A DNA stretch of 64,000 nucleotides from an uncultured cyanobacterium (GTDB lineage Bacteria > Cyanobacteriota > Cyanobacteriia > PCC-6307 > Cyanobiaceae), in assembly GCA_963765575.1 (NCBI GenBank), contig CAVXWZ010000001.1, positions 256,001 through 320,000 of the forward strand, written 5' to 3'. The position numbers and the translations under genes are program-made. The notes beneath the pieces were generated by a model, which searched no databases, was not told where the DNA came from, and was given only the letters and a program-made list of their open reading frames with translations. Of this stretch, positions 38,842 through 49,153 are shown in pieces. Each line of letters begins with the position of its first letter. The first letter of the stretch is position 1.

Positions 38842-39719
38842 TGGGTCGCTCCAGTCAGGTTCAGCTTCGCCCTACCCCCTGGCCGGATTCTCCCCGCGGC
38901 GTGGTTCACCTCCACGGCGCCTTTCTGTTCGGATCCTGTCCCAGTCGTCACTACGCCCCGCTGCTGGATGCCTTGCTGCAGCGGGGCTATGGCGCGGTGC
39001 TGCATCGCTTTCCCCTCAATCCGGGCCGCTTCGACCACTGGTCGGTGGCCCTGGAGCTGTTGTTGTCACGTCGCACGGTGCTGGAGCAGGTGCGCCGGCT
39101 CCATGGCCCGGCGGCGGCCGAATTCTGCGCCGACCCCAGCAACTCCTGCTGGCTCGGGCACAGCCTGGGCTGCAAGTATCTGATCCTGCTGGAGATTCTC
39201 TCCCTCCCCCGGGCGCGTCTCCAGCAGGTGCTGGAGGACGCGCTTGAGCCCGCCCAAGCCGAGAGCGTGCTGAACGCCACCGACCGGCTGGGGGCGATCG
39301 ACACCCTCCAGAACCAACCCACCGTGCTGCTGGCTCCGGAGGTGAGCAACACGATGCGGTTCTGGCGTTCCGACTGGCAGCTCGATTTCGGCAGGAGCCG
39401 CCCCAACCGCCAGACCATGGGCCAGCTTCTGCGGCTGACACCCGATCGTTTCGGCCTCACCGGGGTCGTGAGCTTTCGCTCTGATGGCATCGCTGCCGAT
39501 GACGTGCAGCTGCTGCGGGCGGAACTGCAACGCCGCAGCGTGGCGCCCCTGGCGCAGCAGGAGCTGCCGGGAGGTCACTTCGCCCCGGTGGCTCTGCACG
39601 TGGAGGCCCTGGCGGACACCATTGCCGCGGGCTATGGCCAGCTGCGCTCGCGCCTCGGCGCCACCACCACCCGATCCGAGCGTGGCGAGCCACCGGCCTC
39701 TACGGCGGCTTTGCCGTAG
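38841..39719 (+). CDS. Alpha/beta hydrolase (DUF1350-like)
   Basis: PRGVVHLHGAFLFG, GHSLGCK nucleophile elbow, LPGGH. Confidence 0.8.
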   Translation: MGRSSQVQLRPTPWPDSPRGVVHLHGAFLFGSCPSRHYAPLLDALLQRGYGAVLHRFPLNPGRFDHWSVALELLLSRRTVLEQVRRLHGPAAAEFCADPSNSCWLGHSLGCKYLILLEILSLPRARLQQVLEDALEPAQAESVLNATDRLGAIDTLQNQPTVLLAPEVSNTMRFWRSDWQLDFGRSRPNRQTMGQLLRLTPDRFGLTGVVSFRSDGIAADDVQLLRAELQRRSVAPLAQQELPGGHFAPVALHVEALADTIAAGYGQLRSRLGATTTRSERGEPPASTAALP

Positions 39720-39784
39720 AGGCGTCGCCGCCGCGCTGACACCACGGTCTCGGCCCCGGGTTCAGCCGCGCGAAACTGGCCGCC

Positions 39785-40492
39785 ATGCAAGTGGCACCCG
39801 ACTCCCCCACGCCCGATCAGGGCCCAGCGGGGCTCCAGCAGCCGAGCCTGTTCAGCGGCGAGGCAACGGCGGCCCCAGTGGAGCCGGCGGCCAGTGCAGC
39901 CAGCCTCCAGCAGCTGGATGCGGCCTGCCGAAGCTGCCGGCGTTGCGGCCTGGCCGACGGCCGCCAGCAGGTGGTGGTGAGCCGCGGCAACCCCACCGCC
40001 CGGCTGATGGTGATCGGCGAGGGTCCCGGCGCCCAGGAGGACGCCAGTGGCCTGCCGTTTGTGGGCCGTGCCGGCCAGCTGCTCGATCAGATGCTCGCCA
40101 GCGTGGCGATCGATTCCAACCGCGAGGCCTACATCGCCAATGTGGTGAAGTGCCGTCCGCCCGGCAACCGCAAGCCCACGCCCCTGGAGATCGCCGCCTG
40201 CCGGCCCTGGCTGGAGCAGCAGATCCGCCTGGTGAATCCGGCTGTGATCCTGCTGGCGGGCGCCTCCGCCCTGGAGGGTGTTCTCGGCATCAAGGGCGGC
40301 ATCACCCGTCTGCGCGGCCAATGGCGCCAGGGGGAGCGCGAGCCCCTGGCGGGCCGCTGGCTGCTGCCGATCCTGCACCCCTCCTACCTGCTGCGCAATC
40401 CCTCGCGGGAGCAGGGCAGCCCCAAATGGCTCACCTGGCAGGACCTCCAGGACGTGCGCCGGCGCCTCAATCAGCTGGAATCCCCCAGCTGA
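39785..40492 (+). CDS. Uracil-DNA glycosylase, family 4 (Fe-S)
   Basis: [34 protein letters not shown]. Confidence 0.95.
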   Translation: MQVAPDSPTPDQGPAGLQQPSLFSGEATAAPVEPAASAASLQQLDAACRSCRRCGLADGRQQVVVSRGNPTARLMVIGEGPGAQEDASGLPFVGRAGQLLDQMLASVAIDSNREAYIANVVKCRPPGNRKPTPLEIAACRPWLEQQIRLVNPAVILLAGASALEGVLGIKGGITRLRGQWRQGEREPLAGRWLLPILHPSYLLRNPSREQGSPKWLTWQDLQDVRRRLNQLESPS

Positions 40493-40541
40493 TGCCCCTG
40501 CTGTGACAGCCTTGGCGCCAACGTTTGCGGCCCCTCCCGCC

Positions 40542-41792
40542 ATGACCGGCACCCTGGCCCGTCCCGAGCGTTCCGGACCCACGGCACCACCCCACGGGTT
40601 CGACGCCAGCAACCCCCGCTACGACACCCTGATCCGGCGTCGCAAGACCCGCAGTGTGCGGGTGGGCGATGTGTGGGTGGGCAGCGAGCACCCGGTGGTG
40701 GTGCAGTCGATGATCAACGAGGACACCCTCGATATCGAGGGCGCCACGGCGGGGATTCGCCGGCTGCATGAGGCGGGCTGCGAGATCGTGCGGCTCACGG
40801 TGCCCTCCCTGGCCCATGCCAAGGCGGTGAAGGAGATCCGCCAGCGCCTGGAAGACACTTATCAGCCGGTGCCACTGGTGGCCGATGTGCACCACAACGG
40901 CATGAAGATCGCCCTGGAGGTGGCCCAGCACGTCGACAAGGTGCGCATCAACCCGGGGCTGTATGTGTTCGACAAGCCCGATCCCAACCGCACCGAATTC
41001 ACCCCTGAGGAGGTGGCGGCGATCGGCCAGCGCATCCAGGCCACGCTCGAGCCGTTGGTGAGCCTGCTCAAGGAGCAGGACAAGGGCCTGCGCATCGGCG
41101 TCAATCACGGCTCCCTGGCCGAGCGGATGCTGTTCACCTACGGCGACACGCCTCTCGGCATGGTGGAGAGCGCCATGGAGTTCATCCACATCTGCGACCG
41201 CCTCGACTTCCACAACATCGTGGTGTCGATGAAGGCCTCGCGGGCGCCGGTGATGCTGGCCGCCTACCGGATGATGGCCGACCGCATGGACGCCGAAGGC
41301 TTCCACTACCCCCTGCACCTGGGCGTCACCGAGGCCGGTGATGGCGACTACGGCCGCATCAAGAGCACCGCCGGCATCGCCACCCTGCTGGCCGAGGGCC
41401 TGGGCGACACGATCCGGGTCTCGCTCACCGAGGCACCGGAGAAAGAGATTCCTGTCTGCTATTCGATTCTGCAGGCCCTGGGCCTGAGGAAAACGATGGT
41501 GGAGTACGTGGCCTGCCCCAGCTGCGGCCGCACCCTGTTCAACCTGGAGGAGGTGCTGCACGTGGTGCGCAACGCCACCGCCCACCTCACCGGCCTCGAT
41601 ATCGCCGTGATGGGCTGCATCGTCAACGGCCCCGGCGAGATGGCCGACGCCGACTACGGCTACGTGGGCAAGACGCCGGGCACCATCTCCCTCTACCGCG
41701 GCCGCGACGAGATCCGCCGGGTGCCGGAGGCCGAGGGGGTGGACGCGCTGATCGCCCTGATCAAGGAGGACGGTCGCTGGGTTGACCCCTGA
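40542..41792 (+). CDS. ispG: (E)-4-hydroxy-3-methylbut-2-enyl-diphosphate synthase
   Basis: [35 protein letters not shown]. Confidence 0.98.
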   Translation: MTGTLARPERSGPTAPPHGFDASNPRYDTLIRRRKTRSVRVGDVWVGSEHPVVVQSMINEDTLDIEGATAGIRRLHEAGCEIVRLTVPSLAHAKAVKEIRQRLEDTYQPVPLVADVHHNGMKIALEVAQHVDKVRINPGLYVFDKPDPNRTEFTPEEVAAIGQRIQATLEPLVSLLKEQDKGLRIGVNHGSLAERMLFTYGDTPLGMVESAMEFIHICDRLDFHNIVVSMKASRAPVMLAAYRMMADRMDAEGFHYPLHLGVTEAGDGDYGRIKSTAGIATLLAEGLGDTIRVSLTEAPEKEIPVCYSILQALGLRKTMVEYVACPSCGRTLFNLEEVLHVVRNATAHLTGLDIAVMGCIVNGPGEMADADYGYVGKTPGTISLYRGRDEIRRVPEAEGVDALIALIKEDGRWVDP

Positions 41793-41855
41793 ACGGCGCC
41801 AGCTCAGGAGCGCTACCTTGAAGCTGGTGACACGGGCCCTGTGAGGTTCTCAGCT

Positions 41856-43205
41856 ATGACCAGCTTGCGCAATGGCCTTGTGGTTGTGCTTGGCCTCGGC
41901 GCCTGTGCCGCCACTGCGGTGATGGCCAGGGAGGCGGTGGGCCCGGGTACCGGCAACCCGCGCATCCTGGAGAGCCCCAAGGAGGTGATCGACCAGACCT
42001 GGCAGATCGTCTTCCGCGACTACCTCGACATCAACGGCCAGTACACCGCTGAGCAGTGGCGAGAGCTGCGCCGCGAGGTGCTCGCCCGCAGCTATGCCAC
42101 GCCCAAGGATGCCCATGAGGCGATCCGCGGCATGCTCGCCACCCTCGACGATCCCTACACCCGCTTTCTCGATCCGCGGGAGTTCAAGGAGATGCAGATC
42201 GACACCTCCGGGGAGCTCTCCGGGGTGGGCATCCAACTGAGCCTCGACAAGGACACCAAGGAGCTGGTGGTGGTGGCCCCGATCAAGGGATCACCGGCGT
42301 TCCGGGCCGGCGTGCAGCCCAAGGATGTGATCACGGCCATCGACGGCCAGTCCTCCGAGGGGATGAGCACCGAGGACGCGGTGAAACTGATCCGGGGCAA
42401 GCCCGGCACCACGGTGACACTCACCCTGCGGCGCGAGGCCAAGAGCCTCGATGTGGCCCTCACCCGGGACCGCATCGAACTGCATGCGGTGGACCACCAG
42501 ATCAATGTGAGCCCCGATGGCACCCGCTTGGGTTACATCCGCCTCAAGCAGTTCAACGCCAACGCCACCAAGGACATGCGTGCGGCCCTGCGGGAGCTGG
42601 AGCAGGAGGGCGTGCAGGGCTACGTGCTCGATCTGCGCAGCAATCCCGGTGGCCTGCTGATGGCCAGTGTCGAGATCGCCCGGCAACTGCTCGATGAGGG
42701 CACGATCGTGTCCACCCAGACACGGCGGGGCATCGTTGACGTGCAGCGGGCCACGGGCCGTGCCCTCACCGACAGACCCCTGGTGGTGCTGGTGAATGAG
42801 GGTTCGGCCAGTGCCAGCGAGATTCTCTCGGGAGCCCTTCAGGACAACGAGCGGGCCGTGCTGGTGGGCCAGAAGACCTTCGGCAAGGGTCTGGTTCAGT
42901 CGGTGCGCAGCCTCTCCGATGGCAGCGGCATGACCGTGACCATCGCCCGCTACCTCACCCCCAGCGGCCGCGACATCAACAAGCACGGCATCGAGCCCGA
43001 TGTGGCGGTGAAGATGGGCGAGAAGGAGGCCCAGCGTCTCAAGCTCGAAGACATCGGCACCCAACGGGACAGCCAGTACCGCACGGCGGAGAGCACGCTG
43101 GTGAAGCAACTGCAGACCGCCGCCCGGGTGGACCGGCCCTACAAGCCCGGCAGCGCCAATCTGCCTGCGGCCCTGCCCACCGCTGAAGCCCTCACACCGC
43201 GTTGA
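41856..43205 (+). CDS. ctpA: S41 carboxyl-terminal processing protease
   Basis: LDDPYT, PDZ domain, DLRSNPGG, SASASEI, TFGKG; exact paralog uncertain. Confidence 0.9.
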   Translation: MTSLRNGLVVVLGLGACAATAVMAREAVGPGTGNPRILESPKEVIDQTWQIVFRDYLDINGQYTAEQWRELRREVLARSYATPKDAHEAIRGMLATLDDPYTRFLDPREFKEMQIDTSGELSGVGIQLSLDKDTKELVVVAPIKGSPAFRAGVQPKDVITAIDGQSSEGMSTEDAVKLIRGKPGTTVTLTLRREAKSLDVALTRDRIELHAVDHQINVSPDGTRLGYIRLKQFNANATKDMRAALRELEQEGVQGYVLDLRSNPGGLLMASVEIARQLLDEGTIVSTQTRRGIVDVQRATGRALTDRPLVVLVNEGSASASEILSGALQDNERAVLVGQKTFGKGLVQSVRSLSDGSGMTVTIARYLTPSGRDINKHGIEPDVAVKMGEKEAQRLKLEDIGTQRDSQYRTAESTLVKQLQTAARVDRPYKPGSANLPAALPTAEALTPR

Positions 43206-43486
43206 CGATCCAGCCAGGCGACCCGCTGAGGCCAGCCGATTCAGCGCCTGGGGTCGGGGCTGGAGCGGCGCCGGCTTTGGTTCCGGCGTCGATCTGGAGT
43301 CTCAAACCCTGGTGGTGTCAACCCTGGAGCATCCTGCTCACGGGGGCGGGGGGGATCGCTGGCAGCTGGCTGTTGCTGCACCGCTGGTGGATCACGGCGC
43401 CGGCAGCCCTGGCCGTGCTGGTGTGGTGGTGGTTGTTCCTGGTGCTGGTGCCGGCGAGCTACCAGCAGAGCGGCCGGCTGGACTGA
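43202..43486 (+). CDS. Small membrane protein (DUF6737-like)
   Basis: WSLKPWWCQPWSILLTG and two TM segments. Confidence 0.8.
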   Translation: MTIQPGDPLRPADSAPGVGAGAAPALVPASIWSLKPWWCQPWSILLTGAGGIAGSWLLLHRWWITAPAALAVLVWWWLFLVLVPASYQQSGRLD

Positions 43487-43491
43487 GTGCT

Positions 43492-43542
43492 CACCACCGG
43501 CTGTTTTACGCCACAGGTTGGTTCACGCCACCGGCTGCATCA
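43492..43542. repeat. Three degenerate 17-bp tandem units at a gene 3' end
   Basis: CACCACCGGCTGTTTTA / CGCCACAGGTTGGTTCA / CGCCACCGGCTGCATCA. Confidence 0.7.
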
Positions 43543-43690
43543 GGCCGCCGCCGGGGCCGGAATCGTCGTCGTCATTGGGGCGGTCGTCCTGGAGCAGGGC
43601 GTAGAGGCCGAGGGCAAGCACGCTGACCACGGTGGACACCAGCTGCAGCGCCCCTGCGGAGTTGCGGCCCACGTCGATCAGTTCACCCAT
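43523..43690 (-). CDS. Small TM protein with acidic tail, 55 aa
   Basis: MGELIDVGRNSAGALQLVSTVVSVLALGLYALLQDDRPNDDDDSGPGGGLMQPVA; TACACT -10-like hexamer upstream. Confidence 0.75.
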   Translation of the reverse strand: MGELIDVGRNSAGALQLVSTVVSVLALGLYALLQDDRPNDDDDSGPGGGLMQPVA

Positions 43691-43757
43691 GCCTGTTCTC
43701 CTGCCGCAGCTTCAAGAAAGTTTGCACAAGTGTAACGAACATTTGCCGGCCCGTGGC

Positions 43758-46700
43758 CTACGGGGTGAGCACGGCCTCGTTTCGCTGCCGCTGCTGCGCG
43801 GCCCGCTGCTCGGCATTGAGCCCATCGGCGCCAGGAATCTGGGCCTCCATGGCCTGCAGCCAGGTCTTCAGTTCCTCCAGCTGCCTGTCCATCGGCAACA
43901 CCCCCAGTCCCCGGGCCAGCACCTTGGCGGTGCTCCCGGTGCCCCCCTGATACACCAGCCGGCCATGCAGGTGCTGGGGTAGCCCCTGGCGCAGCAGCCG
44001 GAAGGCCGGTTCCTCCATCGGTGTTTCCAGCACGATGTTGGGCTTGTCCGGCCGGATGCGTGCGAAACCGCAGCGCCGGGCCAACAGCTTCAGCTCCATC
44101 AGCTGCAGCAGGGCGATCACCGGCTGGGGCAGGGCGCCGTAGCGATCGACCCAGCCGGCGGCGAGTTCCAGCAGTGCCTCCCGGCCGCTGCAGCCGGCGG
44201 CGGCGCGGTAGGCGGCGATCTTCTCGTCGTTGTCGGTGATCCAGTCGCCGGGAATGAAGGCGGTGATCGGCAGGTCGATCTGGGTGTCCTCCACCTGGGG
44301 AATGTCCTGGCCCTGGATCTCGGCCAGACACTCCTGCAGCATCTCCATGTAGAGGTCGAAGCCGATCAGCTCCATCTGGCCGCTCTGCTGCACCCCCAGC
44401 AGGTTGCCCACGCCGCGGATCTCCATGTCGCGCATGGCCAACTGGTAGCCGCTGCCCAGCTGGGCAAACTCCTGGATCGCCCGCAGCCGCTGCCGTGCCG
44501 CGGCACTCAGCGAGGCATCACCGGGATAGAAGAGCCAGGCGTGGGCCTGGACGCCGCTGCGGCCCACCCGGCCGCGCAGCTGATACAGCTGGGCCAGGCC
44601 GAACTTGTGGGCGTCCTCGATCAGGATCGTGTTCACCCGGGGGATGTCGAGGCCGCTCTCCACGATCGTGGTGCAGAGCATCAGATCGGCCTCGCCGGCG
44701 TTGAAGGCCACCATGGCGCTCTCCAGCTCGCCTTCGGCCATCTGGCCATGGGCCACCAGCAGCTTCAGGCCCGGCAACATCGCCCGCAGCCCCTCGGCCA
44801 CCACCTCAATCCCCTCCACCCGGGGCACCACGTAGAACACCTGGCCACCGCGGTCCACTTCCTGGCGGATGGCACTGCGCACCACCTCCTCATCCAGGGC
44901 CGCGAGGTGGGTCTTGATCGGCCGCCGCAGGGGTGGTGGTGTGGTGATCAGGCTCATCTCCCGCACCCCCGACAGGCTCATGTAGAGCGTGCGCGGGATT
45001 GGCGTGGCGGAGAGCGTCAGCACGTCCACGTCTTTCCTGAGGGCCTTGATCTTTTCCTTCTGGTTCACGCCGAAGCGCTGTTCCTCATCCACCACCAGCA
45101 GGCCCAGTTGCTGGAAGCCGGTGCCCTTGGAGAGCAGCTGGTGGGTGCCCACCACCACATCCACCGTGCCCTCGCGCAGGCCATCGAGAATCGTGCGCCG
45201 CTCGCCAGCGGTGCGGAAGCGGTTGAGCAGGCTCACCTTCACCGGATAGGGGGCGAAGCGCTCCGAGAGCGAGCGCCAGTGCTGCTGGGCCAGCACCGTG
45301 GTGGGCGCCAGCATCGCCACCTGTTTGCCGGCCGTCACCGCCTTGAAGATGGCGCGGATGGCCACTTCGGTCTTGCCGAAGCCCACATCGCCGCACACCA
45401 GCCGGTCCATCGGCTGGGGCAGCTGCATGTCGCGCTTGACATCGGCGATCGCCTTCACCTGGTCGGGGGTGGGCTCGTAGGGGAAGGAGTCCTCCAGTTC
45501 GCCCTGCCAGGGGCCGTCTTCGGGGAAGGCGAAGCCCGGAGCCTTGTGGCGCTCGGCGTAGAGCTTCACCAGGTCGAGCGCCACCTTGCGGATGGCCTTG
45601 CGGGCCCGCTCCTTGGCCTTGGTCCAGGCCGTGCCGCCCATGCGGTTGAGGTCGGGCGGGCTCTCGCCGGTGGCCCGGTAGCGGCCCAGGCTGCCGAGCT
45701 GGTCGGCGGCCACCCGCAGCAGCCCATCGGCGTACTGCACCGCCAGGTAGTCGCGCTCCTCGCCGCCGATCGCCAGCTTCTCCAGGCGCAGGAAGCGGCC
45801 GATGCCGTGGTTGCGGTGCACCACAAAGTCGCCGGGTTGCATCTTGCCCGGATCCACCGTGCGGCTGGCGGCCTTGCGGCGGCGGCGCACGTAGCCCGTG
45901 GCGGCCAGGGCGTGCTGGCCGAAGAACTCCCGGTCGCTGATCAGCACCAGCTTCCAGGCCGGCAGCTGCAGGCCCTCCAGCTCGGCGGTGCCGCGCAGCT
46001 TCAGCGCCACCGGTGTGTTCTGTTCGATCAGGCGCTCGATCGCCGGATGGTCGCCGGGGTTGGGCACGAAGCGGGTGACGCAGTCGTGCTCCTCCAGCAG
46101 CGCCACCGCCCGCGAGGGCTGGGCCGAGAGCAGCCACACCCGGGCCTTCTCCTGCTGGAAGCCCTTGATCAGGGCCGCCAGCTTGCCGAAGGCATTGGGG
46201 TGCGCCGGCACCGAGCGGGAGGCCAGATCGAAGCTGTTGGGATGGGTATCGCTCTCGTGCAGCTCGGCCAGATCGAAGCCGCCGAAGCGCTCGCTGGCCT
46301 CGGCCAGGGCCTCGGCCGGCGGACGGTGCAGCACCGGCGGCAGCTCGGCCGCCAGCTCCGCCGCCACCTCGCTGTGGTGCTCCAGCACGTGGTCGAACCA
46401 CTGCTGGCCGTGGGCGAGGGCGGCGCGGCGCTCGTCGATCGCCACCAGGGTGGTGGCGGGCAGGTAGTCGAGCAGGCTGGCGGGGCGCCGCCAGGCCAGG
46501 CCCATCAGCCGACGCAGCCCCTCGGGGGTGCCGCCCTCCAGCAGCTGCTCCAGGGCCTCCGGCGGCAGCAGCTGCTCGAGCGCGGCGGGCATCGTGTCGC
46601 GCAGGTCGGCCGCCACCAGGGGCCCGTAGCCGGTGGGGGTGAGACGCAGCACCTCGATCGGGTCGAGGGAGCGCTGGCTGGCGGGGTCAAACTCGCGCAG

Positions 46701-47339
46701 CTTCTCCAGGTCCTCGCCGAAGAATTCCAGCCGCACCGGCAGCTCGGCACTCACCGGGAACACGTCGACGATGTCGCCGCGTCGACTCCAGCTGCCCTCC
46801 TGCTCGATCGTGCTCACCCGCTCGTAGCCCAGCCGGGTGAGGGCGTGGCCCAGCTCCTCGAGATCGAGGCTGGCGCCACGGCGCAGGCTCAGGCACTGCT
46901 CGCGCAGGGCCTCGGGTGGCGGCAGATGGGGCTGCAGGGCCCGTTCGGTGGCCACGATCGCCAGGCCGGAGCCGCGGCCCTTCTCCCCGGCCGCCTCGTC
47001 GCCGTCCAGCAGTTCGCTGAGCACCTGCAGCTGGCCCCAGGTGATCTCGCTGGTGGGGTCAAAGGGTTCGTAGGGGCTGCCCTCACTGGTGGGGTAGAGC
47101 TGACAGCTGCGCCAGCCCATCAGCTCCAGCAGCGCCGCCCAGCGCCCCGCCTCCTCCAGGGTGGGCACCACCACCAGCAACGGGGCTTCGGCCAGGCCCG
47201 CCAGGGCGCCGCTGACCAGGGCCCGGGCCGCGCGGCCGGCGCCGCTGAGGCGCAACCGCTGGGGCCGGCGGGTGCGCTCCAGCACCTCCCCGGTGAGGGG
47301 CACCTGCTGCAGCTGGCGCACCAGGGGGGAGAGGGGCAT
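43758..47339 (-). CDS. mfd: Transcription-repair coupling factor
   Basis: CarD-like VVHRNHGIG, CGDVGFGKT, DEEQRFG, SATPIPRT, QLRGRVGR. Confidence 0.98.
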   Translation of the reverse strand: MPLSPLVRQLQQVPLTGEVLERTRRPQRLRLSGAGRAARALVSGALAGLAEAPLLVVVPTLEEAGRWAALLELMGWRSCQLYPTSEGSPYEPFDPTSEITWGQLQVLSELLDGDEAAGEKGRGSGLAIVATERALQPHLPPPEALREQCLSLRRGASLDLEELGHALTRLGYERVSTIEQEGSWSRRGDIVDVFPVSAELPVRLEFFGEDLEKLREFDPASQRSLDPIEVLRLTPTGYGPLVAADLRDTMPAALEQLLPPEALEQLLEGGTPEGLRRLMGLAWRRPASLLDYLPATTLVAIDERRAALAHGQQWFDHVLEHHSEVAAELAAELPPVLHRPPAEALAEASERFGGFDLAELHESDTHPNSFDLASRSVPAHPNAFGKLAALIKGFQQEKARVWLLSAQPSRAVALLEEHDCVTRFVPNPGDHPAIERLIEQNTPVALKLRGTAELEGLQLPAWKLVLISDREFFGQHALAATGYVRRRRKAASRTVDPGKMQPGDFVVHRNHGIGRFLRLEKLAIGGEERDYLAVQYADGLLRVAADQLGSLGRYRATGESPPDLNRMGGTAWTKAKERARKAIRKVALDLVKLYAERHKAPGFAFPEDGPWQGELEDSFPYEPTPDQVKAIADVKRDMQLPQPMDRLVCGDVGFGKTEVAIRAIFKAVTAGKQVAMLAPTTVLAQQHWRSLSERFAPYPVKVSLLNRFRTAGERRTILDGLREGTVDVVVGTHQLLSKGTGFQQLGLLVVDEEQRFGVNQKEKIKALRKDVDVLTLSATPIPRTLYMSLSGVREMSLITTPPPLRRPIKTHLAALDEEVVRSAIRQEVDRGGQVFYVVPRVEGIEVVAEGLRAMLPGLKLLVAHGQMAEGELESAMVAFNAGEADLMLCTTIVESGLDIPRVNTILIEDAHKFGLAQLYQLRGRVGRSGVQAHAWLFYPGDASLSAAARQRLRAIQEFAQLGSGYQLAMRDMEIRGVGNLLGVQQSGQMELIGFDLYMEMLQECLAEIQGQDIPQVEDTQIDLPITAFIPGDWITDNDEKIAAYRAAAGCSGREALLELAAGWVDRYGALPQPVIALLQLMELKLLARRCGFARIRPDKPNIVLETPMEEPAFRLLRQGLPQHLHGRLVYQGGTGSTAKVLARGLGVLPMDRQLEELKTWLQAMEAQIPGADGLNAEQRAAQQRQRNEAVLTP

Positions 47340-47424
47340 GGGGAACCACATCGCAGCCCCCGATCTTCGCAATCGCCGGCCGCCGCTGCTGCCGCTCGGC
47401 CGCGCCTGGGTCCAGAATTGCGCC

Positions 47425-48348
47425 GTGGCCCGCTATCTCTGCACCCACTGCCGCCACCGGCCCCAGGCCCTGTGCCGCCGGCCCGATGGCACCTGGATCT
47501 GCCAGCACTGTGGTGGTCCCCTCCAGCGGCGGCTGCCCACGGGGCCGTTGCTGTTGGCGGGCCTGCCGCTGCTGGGGGCGGCGCTGGTGGCCCTCGGCTT
47601 CGGCTTCGCCGTGCTGCCCGCGGGCCCGCAGCGCCTGCAGCGCCTCACGGGCCTGAAGCTCCCCACGGTGGACGAGCTGATCCTGGCCCTGGACCCGCCG
47701 GGCTCGCTGGCTGCCCTGGTGCCGCCGCCCCAACCCGCCGGCCTCGAGGGCATCGACCCCACAGCGCTGCTGGCCCTGCTGGCCCGGGCCGATGCCGCCT
47801 GGACCCCCCGGGCCGAGCCGCTTGCCGATGGCCGCACCCGCTACCACTACAAGCGGCGCAGCGGCGACCCCCAGCTGTCGGTGGCCGAGATCCGCTCCCT
47901 GATCGCCAATCCGCCCAGCTACGGACAGGAGCGGCAGGCCATCGGCGAGCTGCTGGAGGTTCTCGGCCAGGTGGGGGTGCGCATCGAGCTCAGCCAGCCC
48001 CGCAAGACGGGCGCGGCCGGAGAGTGGGACCCCCTGGCCCGCAGCCTGCGCATCCGGCCGGACGTGGCCAGGAGCGGCAGTGTGGAGTTCTTCCAGGTGC
48101 TCAACCATGAGGCCGTGCATGTGGCCCAGAGCTGCAGCAACGGCCATCTGCGCGCCACGCCCCGGCCCGTCGAGGTCAGCGAGCAGGTGCCGGCCGCCCT
48201 GGCGCCGGTGCTCAACGATCCCCTCTACAGCCAGGCATCCGCCATGGAGCGCCGTCTGGAGCGGGAGGCCTATGCCAACCAGGACCAGCTCGGCTTCGGG
48301 GCGCAGCTGGTGCGTCGCCACTGCCGCTCAGCTGCCGGCAACGCGTGA
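47425..48348 (+). CDS. Zn-ribbon + TM + HExxH metallopeptidase-like protein
   Basis: CTHC...CQHC, TM helix, LNHEAVHVAQ, LEREAY. Confidence 0.75.
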   Translation: MARYLCTHCRHRPQALCRRPDGTWICQHCGGPLQRRLPTGPLLLAGLPLLGAALVALGFGFAVLPAGPQRLQRLTGLKLPTVDELILALDPPGSLAALVPPPQPAGLEGIDPTALLALLARADAAWTPRAEPLADGRTRYHYKRRSGDPQLSVAEIRSLIANPPSYGQERQAIGELLEVLGQVGVRIELSQPRKTGAAGEWDPLARSLRIRPDVARSGSVEFFQVLNHEAVHVAQSCSNGHLRATPRPVEVSEQVPAALAPVLNDPLYSQASAMERRLEREAYANQDQLGFGAQLVRRHCRSAAGNA

Positions 48349-49089
48349 CGGCAGCTCCACCGTGGCCGGGTTGATCAGGGCCTCCTCCAGGAGCATGTTG
48401 AACTGCAGCAGCTGGCTGTCGCTGAGCTGCTGACGGCTGGCGAGGCTGAAGTGCTGCTCCAGGAAGCGGCGACCGTGGCCGGCGTTCCAGCCCAGCTGCG
48501 CCATCAATTGGTCGCACTGCTCGAGCAGGTCCGGCCGGCGCAGGGGCACGGGTGCCTGGGCGGGATCGCTGCCGCTGGCCAGGTCCTGCAGCACCTGCAG
48601 GTAGGCCATCAGGTCGCGGAAGGTGGTGATGCGGGCCCTGCTGGGGTGGGCGAAGGCCCGCTGCAGGTAGATGGATTCCTGGTCGCGCTGCCAGCCGATC
48701 CGCTGCAGCTGCAGATCGATCTGGGCCAGCTCGCTGCTCCAGTCCTCCGGATCGGCCGCCGGTTCCTCCGGCGGCGCTGGCGCGTCCTCGGCTGTGGGTT
48801 CCTCCCTGGCCGCTGGCGGGCTTGTGGCGGCTGGTTCTGCCCGGGGGGGCGGAGCGCTGAGGGCCACCGGTCTGCCGGCTGGTTTGGGGTCTGGCTGCCG
48901 CGGGGGCTGGCTGCCCGACTGCGGCTCCGCCAGCCGCTGGCGCAACCGCTGCAGGGCCCGGTCCTCCGCCGCCTCCGCCGTCGTTCCCTCCCCCAGGGCG
49001 CTGGCCACGGTCAGCCCCTCGCGCTGGGCCGTGACCTCCACCACCCGCGTGCCGGGTTCGGCATGCACCAGCCGCGCCAGGAGCTGCAT
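48328..49089 (-). CDS. Conserved hypothetical protein
   Basis: ALGEGTTAEAAEDRA, DWSSELAQID, SRQQLSDSQLLQF. Confidence 0.8.
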   Translation of the reverse strand: MQLLARLVHAEPGTRVVEVTAQREGLTVASALGEGTTAEAAEDRALQRLRQRLAEPQSGSQPPRQPDPKPAGRPVALSAPPPRAEPAATSPPAAREEPTAEDAPAPPEEPAADPEDWSSELAQIDLQLQRIGWQRDQESIYLQRAFAHPSRARITTFRDLMAYLQVLQDLASGSDPAQAPVPLRRPDLLEQCDQLMAQLGWNAGHGRRFLEQHFSLASRQQLSDSQLLQFNMLLEEALINPATVELPSRVAGS

Positions 49090-49153
49090 CGATGACCGCC
49101 GTCAGACGCTCCAGTCAAGCGCCCTCCCTAGAGTGGTGGCCCCGCTGAACGAG

